Source of the DNA: Lama glama
Lineage: Eukaryota
Reading direction: 5' to 3'
Assembly: GCA_028534125.1 (NCBI GenBank)
Contig: CM052816.1
Location: 5,644,001-5,708,000, forward strand
Length of the DNA stretch: 64,000 bases
In this document: one piece after another, positions 52,834-64,000 of the stretch
Layout: each line of letters begins with the position of its first letter
Position numbering within the stretch: the first letter of the stretch is position 1
Made by a program: the position numbers and the translations under genes
The notes under the pieces: model-generated
The model's input: only the letters and a program-made list of their open reading frames with translations
Told to the model about the DNA's origin: nothing
The model's database searches: none

Positions 52834-53190
52834 CCACCAGAATGCTGTTACGTTAAATCTACCCTCAGGCTTCTCCAGCAGGATGATCTGGAGTTGCTGT
52901 TACACATATGTATAAATTATATGTCAAAACTGGTAAATTCTATAACTTATTTATTTGACAACATAATGTGACAGAATTTATGTTACCTGCAGAGTTGCTA
53001 TGATGATCTGCAGTAGGGAATGAACCATGTCTAAATCATGAGGAAGGATGGAGGAATGCCATGTGTGGGAAGCGGCACTTCGGAGCCTGGAATTCTGAAT
53101 CAAATATGGTGACATCCGAGGGTTCAGCATTTGCTAATAATTCAGAAAGCCTTTCAACATTGTGTTGAGTATCCATTGACATCAACTTAG
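52834..53190 (+). pseudogene. Terminal CLASP-like pseudo-exon PPECCYVKSTLRLLQQDDLELLLHICINYMSKLVNSIT...LQ*GMNHV*IMRKDGGMPC...ILNQIW*HPRVQHLLIIQKAFQHCVEYPLTST*
   Basis: attatttttcag acceptor; one frame matches PEQC..IIQTADY..IKMQTKVV, LLQGYD..VRK...C and HLAQLTGSKMKLLNLYIKRA in order; ends at TAG 53188-53190. Confidence 0.55.
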
Positions 53191-56100
53191 CTTTATTTAT
53201 TATTATTTATTTTCCATGTCCTAGAACACGGAAAGGAAAGAAGGTGGTCTGGTGGGTACACAGTATAGACCTAGATGGAATGAGGTTTAACTGAGTCGTT
53301 GTTCATGTGTTAAGAGGGCAAGGTCATGGCAGGCAGATCACTGCTGTGACTCACATGGTTGATGGACCATCTGTACCTTATTCTGACTTACTGAGGTTTT
53401 AAGATACAGATGTTTGGTCTCCAAGATCTACTGAGTTGGAATCTCTGGGGCTCAGGACTTTAAATGTGCTTTCTCCTCCTTCCTTCTCTTTATGTATGCT
53501 GATGTATGAGAAGTGTTGGCAGATGGTGTCCAGAGGATGCTTCCTGGAGGTGAGATACGGGAACTGAGCTTGGTATTGGAAGATGGAGAGGAGCAGGGAG
53601 GGCTTTCTGGGTGGGAGGAGAGCCAGACACAAAGGCGGAGAGGCATGGAAGCAAGACGCACTCTGTGGGTGGTGGGAAAAGCAATACAGATGGAACAAAT
53701 GTTATCAGTTGAGGAATACAGAAAAGACTGAAAAGTCATTTAGATATGGAAGTGAAAACCTAGCAATTCTGTACTTTTTTTCCATTTGTTGGATGATATA
53801 GATAGAAAATTTGACATTTACATGCACAACAAAATGTCATAACCATGTGTGGATTTTGATACCACCTCCCAACTCACCCCCTACCCAGCAGACACAAAAC
53901 TCACATTTTCAAGGAAGTCAAGCAAATATTGGCATACTCTTTTTTATTCTGGTATTTGTAAACAAATTTAACAAGCCTGCAACAACAAAATGAAACACTG
54001 AAAGTTCTTAAAACATTGCAGTTTATAAGGAAAATAAATAAACTGATTAAGGAAAATAAGTTGGCTAATCTTTTCACAGTTAAATTTCATCTTAGGAAAA
54101 GAGTTTGGGGTTTAGATATCCACCCTGCTTACATAGAAGTGAGAATATTTCATGAAAAAATAGGCATAAATAAATTCTGTTACATTATGTTGTTAAACAA
54201 AAAAGTCATAGAATTTGTGAGTTTTGACATATAATTTATATGTATATGTTACAGCAAATTTTGCTTCTATTATCAGTTTGCATTTGATATAGTAATAGCT
54301 TTGTTGATGCTTTGGGTGTTTCTTATAGTATTCTTAATCATGTGCAATGAGGAGAGAAAGAAAATGTTCATTCTTCTGTCATCTTTCTCTGCTGTTTTCC
54401 ATATTTAAAATTAGCTGACCTCCTCAGTGTTCAGGAGGAGTGTCAGCTGTTGGAAAACCCATGAATCTCCTGGCTGTGCCTGTGACATAGAGATGCTGGC
54501 ATGAGAAGCAGCTCCGCTATGGCTACACCTGCATGATGCTCTTAGGAGTTTTGATTTGATGCTCATGTTCAAAGCTATAGTGAGTTTTCACTGTCACTGG
54601 CAGCCTGATGGGGATGACATGTCCTTCTGATCATTTAGTGAGCTGGCTTTGGCAAATCTTTCACCTGCATTGGCCTTTGACTTCTCTCATTTCCTATATT
54701 TTAAAGCATCCTCTCATAAACACTCAAATTTGGCAACAGTTCATCGGGTCATCACTACCAGATGAGGGTGCCAAACAGAGATTTAATAATATGGTTTAAC
54801 CTGGCAGTGAAACTCTACAAAATGGAAGTCCCTGTAAACTCAACTTCATACCACTTCAGTAACTCATACTTGTAGCAAAATGAAGAGCACAGGTAAAAAG
54901 CCATGAGTCATATACAGTCCCCACTTTGCTGGCTGAAAAAATCCACCCATTTTCCCCCTAACTTGAGAAATTGTATCAGGATGAGTCAATGACAGTGACT
55001 TGCTTTATTAAAGGACATCTTTGAATTTATCTAATACATGGAAAGAATATATTGTTGGCAATCTCCAGTAGCTTAAATGTTTTTCATATTATGATACTTA
55101 GTGTTAAACCTGACAGTTGATGGAAACTTCCCACAGAGTGGTGGTGGTTGGCAGTGGGGGGTTCCCTGCAGGAGTGTGACATGATGAAGCTGAGGTATAA
55201 TCTTCGGATGTGCAGGATGGAGTGGGGGTGTGGCTGGAGCGGGGAGGTCCTTGAGAAGATCATTTAATAACCCAGGGGAAAAATGATGTAGGCTGTCTCG
55301 GCTCTCAGGAGTAGGGCTTGGGAAGAGGAGTTGTCCGAGAGAGACTAAGTGGCAAGTAGTCTTTGGGGGAGACCAGTAGGAGGACACATATGGCATCTGT
55401 AAGAGAGGAATATTTTCCTGCGACATCCTGTCTCCGAGGAAGGTAAAAAGAACAAATCGGGGCAGTAATATGCTCTGTGTGGCAGCAAATAGTCGGGTTA
55501 CCCTGGGGAGAGACATGAAAAACCTGTTTGCAGGGACTACAAGTCATTTCCATCTCCCTGGGCTGAGCGAAAGCCCCAGCTATGTGATTTCTTAGCCAAT
55601 TATGGGAACTTGCACAACAAATGCAGTGCATTTAATGCAAGGCCACAAATCTGGGGCAACTTTATGTTTTGAAGATTTTCTTATTTCATCTGCGATTTTT
55701 TTTTCTTAACGGTTCTCACTTACGGGGACGTATGGTGGTGTCAAGTCAGACTCTGAGCATCTTCCTCTAGCATTTCTGTCTCCATCCTGCTTCCTGAGAG
55801 GCATGTACTGAACAACTTGGTGGATTTCTATCAGGGCCCTGCAGTCAGAGCACTCAGCCGGGCCTCAAAGTAGGTGGGGCTGGGGAAGGCAGTATGGATG
55901 CCCAGCAGTGGACTTCTTAATTGGCTATTTGTCCTTCCAGGAAAGGAGTCTGGCCTGAGGTTTGGAGTCCCTTTATGTAAAGAGAAGTTGACCATGAACA
56001 ACTGGACACATGGTAAAAAGCCACTGAAAATCTCTAAAAGATTTGCTCCAAGGGTCTTCACCATTACTTAATTTCTCCTTTTCCCCAGTAATTCTTTGGG

Positions 56101-56454
56101 TCTCTTATCTTGAACTATGAGTATGGTGGCTCATGCCTCTCCCGCCAGGCTCTGCTGACAGATTTCATTCTAGTAGTCATTTACCCAGATTGTCTGACCA
56201 CCAGAATATCCACAGGTCTGACTCCTAATGTTTTCAGCCAGCATGGAAGAGTTTGCCCCTCCACCAGCAGGGAGGAAGGAGACCCCTCTTTATTCTCTTC
56301 TCTAAATTTCCTCCTTCTAAAGTAATAATAATAATAGTAAAAAGAATTGAAGTAACTTTCTAAAACTATATACAAGGAGAATAATAAGACAGGAAGGACC
56401 TGTCTTCATATCCAGGTAGCAGTGGGGATAGGGATGTTACTGTCCAGGCCAGAT

Positions 56455-56945
56455 GTCTTGGGTGAGCACCCCAAAGATATGTTCACCTCCTAATTCCTGG
56501 AACCTGTAAATGTTCCTTTATTTGAAAAAGACAAAACAAAACTCTTTGCAGATGTTACTAAGGTAAAGATCTTGAGATGAGGAAATCATCTTGGAATATA
56601 TGGGTGGCCTCAAGTCCGATCACAAGCGTCCAGACAAAAATGGTGCAGAGTTGAGATTTCATATACATGAAGGAAGAGGTGGCAACGTGGCCACAGAGGC
56701 AAAGGCTGAAATGAGGGACCACAAGCTTAGGAGTGTTGACAACAGCCCCCAGGAATTGGGGGAAAAAACGGAATGGATTCTTCCCTAAAGCCTCTGGAGA
56801 GAATGTGGCCCCACTAACACTTGATTTCTATTAAGTGAAATGGATTTCAGACTTCTGGCCTCTAGGACTTTAAGAGAATAGATGTTTATTGTTGAAAGCC
56901 ATCAGTTTGTTGTAATTTGTTACAGCAGCCACAGGAAATGAGTGC
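56455..56945 (+). mobile_element. MaLR LTR (MLT1D-like)
   Basis: ccccaaagatatgttcac...ttgttacagcagccacaggaaa. Confidence 0.8.
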
Positions 56946-58857
56946 AGTTACAAAGCTGTTCTTTCCTGCACTTGACTATTAAAGATCCTGATCCCTAAGT
57001 GTGGCATGTAACACACAGAGAGTTGGGGGCCTGTGCACTACAGGAGGGAAAGCCCTTTTCATCTCTAAGAACATCTTTTTCCTAGCAGCAGGGGCCAGCA
57101 AAAGATTTCCTTAGGTTTTGCTCACCAAGTTGAGGGCTCATTCAGAAGCAAGGACGTAGGGCAGCAAGAGAGATGCATTTGCGAACACACCACATCTACC
57201 CAAAGTCTTTTTCCAGGTGGAAAGTCCATGGAAATAGTTTGGAAGGGGTCTCGTGTAGACTGGCTAGTGCTTTTTCCTGGGTCTGAATTTTCCCACCTGT
57301 AGAGTGAAAGATTTGCATTAGAGAACTGTAATTCTCCAGCAGTAGAAAATTTAAAATGTCAGATCTAAAAGGGATATGGTTAAGTCACATTGTCCATCCC
57401 AGCTGTTTCATAGATCAGAAGAATGGGGCTCAGATTACAGAAGTGACTTGTCCAAAGCCACTCGGCAAGCTGTTGGTGAAGCTAGGATTAGAATCTAGAA
57501 TTTGGGGCTTCTGGTCCGCTTCTCCACTATCTTGCGGATTTTTGGAAGGATTGATTGCTGGGTGGATTTCAGGGTTCTGTAAACCCCCTGAATTTATATG
57601 ACAACATTTTGTGAATGTCTATACATTTTCTTTTAAAAAAAGAAAATCTTTAATGTGATGCCCAAAAGTGCTTAAGGACTTTGCAAAAAAAAAATCTATC
57701 AGTTAATTCAACAAAGATTTGTTGTGCCTCTGCTGTATGTCAGACCCTCTTCTGGGCACTTAGAATGGAGCAGTAGACAGAGCAGCAGAAGTCCCTGCTT
57801 TCAAGGAGTTTATATCTTATAGATGGGGGTAAGAGACACAATGAATAAAATATATTGTGTATCAAGTGATGATGGATGTATGAATAAAAATAGAGCAGGA
57901 ACAGGGAGTCCAGGGGACCACTTCCGGTTTAACTTGAATTGAGGTTAAATCTTCCCCACGAGTGCCCAGACTCCTTGCCCTGAAGATCAGGGGCACAGCA
58001 CAGTGGAGGGACATGGCACGCTGTGCTCTGGCCGTTTCACACGGGGGCAGCTAGAGGCAGAGGCGGTGTCCTCAAAAAGCCGCTGATCCTGTTCACTTGA
58101 TCATTTTCAGGGATGCCTGTGCCAGGAAAGTGAGCAATTCTTTGTCCTGAGCCTCCTGAGGCTGGTTACTGGGCTGTCATCACTTACAGGGGGCCCCATG
58201 CTGTCTCCTGCCCGAGGTGGTGATGGTTTCTGCATCAGCATTATTTATGACCTACTGCATCCCTGCCTCCCAGGGAGGCGAGGAAGACAGGGCAGGCAGG
58301 GAGGCAGGAGCAGCAGCTGATGGAGGTTCTGTGCTTGAGGATAAATAGAGGATAACATTTTAGTGTTGGTGCTGCTTCTTTTTCAAAGCATTTTGAGTGT
58401 GATTTGATCTTCACATGTTTCCTAGAGACATGACAAGTGCAGTTAATCCCATTTGAAAGATGTATCATCCAACACACCATCGAGGTGTGGGGTCATATAG
58501 CAGGTTAGAAGCAAGGCCAAGTATAAACATCCACATCCTCTTGTCTCCTTGCAAGGGTCCTTCCTCCTCTGTCCATATCCTTGATTTCATCCCTGTCACC
58601 TTTCTTTCTCTGATATTCCACATTCAATCCAGCAGCAAATCCTTCTCCTTGGAAATATGTCTAGAGTCTGACCTCTTCTCACCATCCCACCCTGACTGCC
58701 TTAGACTAGCCCACCATTACCTCTTGCATGGACTGTTGCAGTAAACCATTAACTGGCCTCCCTGCTGCCACCTTTACCCCCCACCCCCAGTTCCCAGTCC
58801 ATCCTTCACTCAGCAGCACAGTATCCAAGGGTGACTCTTTTAAATATAAGTCAAGTC

Positions 58858-59608
58858 TGCTGGAGAGGCTGTGGAGAAAGGGGAACCCTCCTACACTGCT
58901 GGTGGGAATGCAGTTTGGTGCAGCCACTGTGGAAAACAGTATGGAGATTCCTCAAAAGACCAGGAATAGACTTACCATATGACCCAGGAATCCACTCCTG
59001 GGGATATATCCAGAAGGAACCCTACTTCAAAATGACACTCGCACCCCAGTGTTCATAGCAGCACTCTTTGCAATAGCCAAGACATGGAAACGGCCTAAAT
59101 GTGCATCAACTGATGACTGGATAAAGAAGAGGAGGTCTATTTATACAATGGAATACTATTCAGCCATAAAAACTGACAGCATAACGCCATTTGCAGCAAC
59201 ATGGATGCTCCTGGAGATTGTCATTCTAAGTGAAGTAAGCCAGAAAGAGAAAGAAAAATACCGTATGAGATCACTCATATGTGGAATCTAAAAAAACCAA
59301 AAAACAAAACATAAATACAAAACAGAAACAGACTCAGAGACATAGAATACAAACTTGTGGTTGCCAAGGGGGCGGAGGGTGGGAAGGGACAGACTGGGAT
59401 TTCAAAATGTACAATAGATAAACAAGATTATACTGTATAGCACAGGGAAATATATACAAGATCTTGTGGTAGCTCACAGTGAAAAAAAATGTGACAAAGA
59501 ATACACATATGTTCATGTATAACTGAAAAATTGTGCTCTACAGTGGAATTTGACACAACATTGTAAAATGACTATAACTCAATAAAAAATGTTTAAAAAA
59601 ACAAATAA
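58858..59608 (+). mobile_element. Young 5'-truncated L1 with TSD aagtcaagtc, inserted in an L2
   Basis: ORF2 C-terminus ([36 protein letters not shown]...FAATWMLLE); direct repeats at 58848-58857 and 59609-59618. Confidence 0.92.
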
Positions 59609-60215
59609 AAGTCAAGTCAGGTTGATCTCTGCCTAACACCCCAGTAGCTTTCCATCTCAGAATAAGAGCCTGAGTTCTTCCTGTGGCCCATCTCACCTCT
59701 TGCTCCCATTCACCTATTTTCCCCCTCTTCTTCCTTTTTCTCTCTCTGCCTCAGCCACATTGGCTCTGCTATTTCTTGAATTTGACACATACATTGCCGT
59801 TTGGGAGACTTTGTGCTGGTTCTTCTCTCTCTACTTAAGTGGGAGTTCTTCCTCCAGATATTTCCACTCCGTCTCCTCTTCTTTATTCCTGTCTCTGCTT
59901 AGACACATGTTAGCCCATCCAGTATAAAACAGCAGCTCCTGTCACTCCCTGTCCCCTGATACTGCTTTCTTCTTCACGGCATTTATCAGTCCCTGATGCT
60001 GCACGATCGTTGTTCATTTAGTAATTGTTTCTGCAACTAGAGTGTAGCCTCTACGAGCGCAATGACTTTGCTTTAATCACTATTCAAGCCCTAGTGCCCC
60101 ACAGAATGTCAGGCATGTAGCAGGTACCTTCATCTGTTAAACAAATGAAAAACATCCCTTTAACCAAGAGCATTTACTGAGAATGCTTAACAATGATAAT
60201 GAGTGTGTGAAAGGC

Positions 60216-60616
60216 TGTGTTAGTCTTCTCTGGGTACCATAAAACACCACTACAGACAACAGGATGGTTTAAACAACGGAAATTTATTTTCTCACACTTC
60301 TGGAGGCTAGAAGTCCGAGATCAAGATTCCAGCATGGCTGGGTTCTGATGAGTCCTCTCTCCTTGGCTTGCTGACGACACCTTTTTGGAGTATCCTAACA
60401 TGGCCTTTTCTCTCTGTGCGTGCATGGGGAAAGAGATTTCTGATGTCTCCTTCCTCTTATAAGTACACCAGTCTTATCGGGTTAGGACCCTACCCTTAGA
60501 ACCTCATTTAACGTTAATTACCTCCTTTAAGACCTTATCTCCTAATTTACACATTAGGGGTTAGGGTTTCAACATACTAAATTTTTGAGGTGTAGGGGCA
60601 CAGTTCAGTCCATAAC
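60216..60616 (-). mobile_element. MaLR LTR (MLT1A-like)
   Basis: tgtgttagtc...aaatttattttctcac...cagttcagtccataaca. Confidence 0.85.
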
Positions 60617-60899
60617 AGAGGCTAACATGTATTAATCACCCACTATGTGCCAAGCTCTGTGCAGAAACAGTTTACACATCCCTACCCAAAGCAGACCTTT
60701 GATTTCCTGGTTCCGAGATTCTTTGCGTGCATCCCAGTGGTGGTTTGAGATCTGGAGACAAGGCAGGTCCTGGGCAACCCAACACAATCAGAGAAGGATA
60801 AAGAAGCTTGTACCTAAGACCTCCTGTTATTTCTGTCTTGTATCCTTTGCTCATATCAAGGTTTGTTTCCTGCGGATAAACTGTTGGAGTCTTGTGCGT

Positions 60900-63800
60900 C
60901 CTTTTAGCAATGAACCCTCTTAAAGTGATTAACATGTTATTAACATAACTGAATAGCATTTCATTGCATGAACACACTATGATTTGTTAACCTACTCACC
61001 TATTTCAACATTCCAGTTTTAGGCTATTATCAACAATGGTACTGTGGAAATTCTGCACAAGTCATTTTGAGGACATATGTTTTTATGTCTCTTGGGAAAA
61101 TGCCTGTTAGTTTGTATTCTCTATTGATTCCCTAATGTTCTCTATGTGAAAAATCATATTGTTTGTGATAAAGACAGATGTACGACTTTTAATCCAAATT
61201 TTATCCCTTTTCTATCTTTTTTTTCTGCCTTATTGCCATAACTAGCCTCTCCAGCACAGTGTGAATAGAAACGGTGGGAACAGACAGACTCCTTTTTCTG
61301 AATCTTAGATTGAACGTATTCAGTATTTCACCATTAAATATGAACTTAACGGTAGTATTTTTGGTAGGTACTTTCAATTAGATTGAGAAAATATTCTTCC
61401 ATTGCTGGTTTGTGGAGGGTTTTGTCTTTAATGGGTATTAAATTCTGCCAAATGCTTTTTCTGCATGCATTGTGATGATATATGTGCTTTTCCTTTTATT
61501 GTTTAGTGTTGTAAATTATATTGATTAATTTTTCAGTGTTGAACTGACTTTGTATTCCTGGGACAAACCTCACTTCGTCATGATATATTGCCCTTTATAT
61601 ATGTTTCTGGATTCAATTTGCTAATATTTTATTGGGCAGTTTTGTATCTGTATTCATGAGGGATACTGATTTGTAATTTTCTCATACTGTCCTTGTCAGG
61701 TTTAGGTGGCAAGGTTACTGTGGCTGCATACAATCAGTGGGAAAGAATTCTATTCTCCTTTATTTTATCAAAGAGTTGTTGTCGTATTCATTTTGTTTCT
61801 TCTTTGTGTGTTTGATAGAATTTACCAGTGAGTCTATCTGGACTTGAGTTTTGTTTGGGGAATGGTGTTTAATCATGAATTTTACCTCTTTAATAGATGT
61901 AGGCTTCTGTGGCTTTTCTATTTCTCCTTGTATTAGTTTTGCAAAGTTTTGTTTTTCAAGGAATTTTTCATTTCATGTAAGTTGTCAAATTTATTGGAAT
62001 AAAGTTTTCTCTAAGAGTCTCTTTTTATTGTTTTAGTGTCTGTAAGCTCTGTGGTGACAAGACCTTTTTCATACCCACTGCCGGTGATTTCTGTTCTCTT
62101 TTTCCCCCTTGGTTATTCTGGTTAGGTGTTTGTCAGTTTTGCTTATCTTTTCAGGAAAAGAGCTTTTGGTTTTGGCAATTTTCTCTTTTCTATGACTTCA
62201 CAAATTATGTTGATTAATATGTCTGCTTACTTTGGATTTTGCTGTTTTTTTAAAGGTGAAACTTTGGTCATTGATTTTAGACTTTTCTTCTTTTTTTGTA
62301 TAACCATTTAAAAATACAAGTCTTTCTTTAAATACTGCTTTAATTGCACTCCACACATTTTGATATGTTGGATTTTTATTTTCTTTCAGTTTAGAAATAT
62401 TTAAAAGTTACTTTTATGGTTTCTTCTTTGACCTTTGAATAACTTAGAGGGATGTTTAATTTCTAAGTATTTGGGAATTCTCTAGATATCGCATAATTAA
62501 TGGCTTCTAAATTAATTCTACTGGACTAAGAGAACATATTTTGTGTAATTTTAGCCCTCTCTGATGTCACCCCAAATATCATCTGTCTTGGTGATTATTC
62601 CATGTGCATTTAAAAAGTATGAGTTCTTCAGTGTGGGATGTATGTATGGTCCCACAAATATCAGTTAGTTTAAATCAACTGTGTGGTGTATATTTACTAG
62701 AGTGCATCCTTGTTAATATTTTGGCATACTTATTCTATCAGTTCCTGAGACTTGGGTATTAATATCTCCTACTATGATTGTGACTTGGCCTAATTCCTTT
62801 TATTATTTTTAATTTTTGTTTCAAAGATACTGGAAGTTTATCATTAGGAGGATATACATGTACGACTGTTAAGTCTTCTTGGTGAATTGACCCTTTGCCT
62901 CTGTGAAATGTACATGCTCATCTCTGTGAATACTCCCTGTCATAGAGTCTGTGTGACATTGATACAACCCACATAAGTTTCCTTATGCTTACCCTTTGCA
63001 TGGTGCATTTTCCTTTTTTTAATTTTCAACTTGTTTATATTTTGTATTTAAAATGAGTGGAAATGGTTCTCACTTTTTGTCCAGTCTAGTAATTTCTACC
63101 ACTTATTTAGAGTATTCAATAATGCATATGTTTGATGTAATTGTCAGTATGGATAGATTTTAATCTATCATTTTGTTATTTCTTGTCTGTTTTATCCTCT
63201 GTTCTTTGTTTTTCCTTTCCCATCTTTTGTGTTGAATAAAGTTATTATGGTCTATCTTGTGTCTTTTAAAAGATCTAACTCTTTGTATTGTATTTGTAAT
63301 GTTTGCTAAAGGGATTACAGTATTTCCTTAATGTATCACGGTGTAATTTGAATTGATATTATACCACTTTGCATTCAATATAAGAACTTTCCAAGAGGTT
63401 ACTTCCATTTACATTCCTTCCTATCTCAAGTTTTTTTATTGTCATATATTTCCTCATACATATGTTACAATCCCCATGATACATTGTCAGTGCCCACCAT
63501 TTAGAGCCAAAGACTTTTACAATATTTAAGAAAATAAACAAGAACAACCTTTTAAAATTACTTATGTATTGACCATTTCCAGTCTTCTTTATTCTTCCCT
63601 ATAGATCAATGTTTTCATCTGGTATCATTTCCTTTCAGCCTGCAGAACTTCCTTCAGCATTTCTTTTAGTGTGAGTGTGTTAACTTCAGATCCTTTCAGT
63701 TTTCATGTATTACAAAATGTCTTTATTTAACTCTGATTTTTGAAAGTGGGATATCGAATATGTTTGACAGTCTTCTTTTCCAGGACTTTGAAGATGTCTC

Positions 63801-64000
63801 TCCAATATAATCTGGTCTCCATATTTCTGTGAGAAGTCAGCTGTCACTTGTATCATTATCCCCTTGTGTGTTATGTGTCTATGTACTCTGGCTGTTCAAG
63901 ATGATTTCTTTATCTTTGGTTTTCGGGCATTTGTTTATGATAGACCTATCGTTTAAAAAGTCCTGCTTGAGTTTTACTGAGTTGCCTGGATATGTGGAAT
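60900..64000 (-). mobile_element. Old L1M ORF2 region, degraded, runs off the window end
   Basis: T-rich antisense L1 motifs such as caaatgctttttctgcat and ggtgaattgaccctttg. Confidence 0.8.

Larger units (their letters stand above)
1525..53190 (+). pseudogene. Putative multi-exon pseudogene, diverged CLASP-family protein (TOG3-like plus C-terminal CLIP-interacting domain); 5' part would lie upstream of the window
   Basis: About 11 splice-site-bounded segments, mostly phase-compatible, whose translations match CLASP1/2 motifs in the right order (HxxxLxxW, GSV..AL..PF, TD[YF]..TR, RxxxW, PEF, GAL, SxWDxxxxxILL, TIxAL, LRxQ.AxFK, PExC, QG..RK..C, IxKA). Multiple stops. Alignment by eye only. 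Confidence 0.5.

Noticed and set aside
1..64000. Prokaryotic-type systems (CRISPR, operons) and tRNA genes
   Set aside because: The sequence is mammalian, there are no repeat-spacer arrays, and the tRNA-like boxes belong to SINEs.

Overview
Mammalian genomic DNA. The tRNA-derived SINEs and young L1 3' ends look camelid (camel/alpaca-like). The window is repeat-rich (L1, L2, MIR, MaLR/ERV LTRs, MER DNA elements) and has two N-gaps. I see no intact protein-coding gene; the ORF-track entries are noise or TE remnants. Main finding: a chain of + strand exon-like segments from ~1.3 to 53.2 kb, mostly bounded by AG/GT and mostly phase-compatible. Spliced together they read as a very diverged CLASP (CLIP-associating protein)-like C-terminal half, i.e. 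a TOG3-like HEAT domain followed by a CLIP-interacting C-terminal domain. The chain carries about 14 in-frame stops, at least one frameshift and several broken splice sites. I interpret it as a possible intron-containing pseudogene of a CLASP paralog. This rests on by-eye alignment to CLASP1/2 recalled from memory and needs a profile search. The window also has two clear templated-insertion scars: a perfect 35-bp inverted repeat enclosing a copy of DNA from 1.5 kb upstream, and a 35-nt L1 5'UTR snippet pasted into an older L1.
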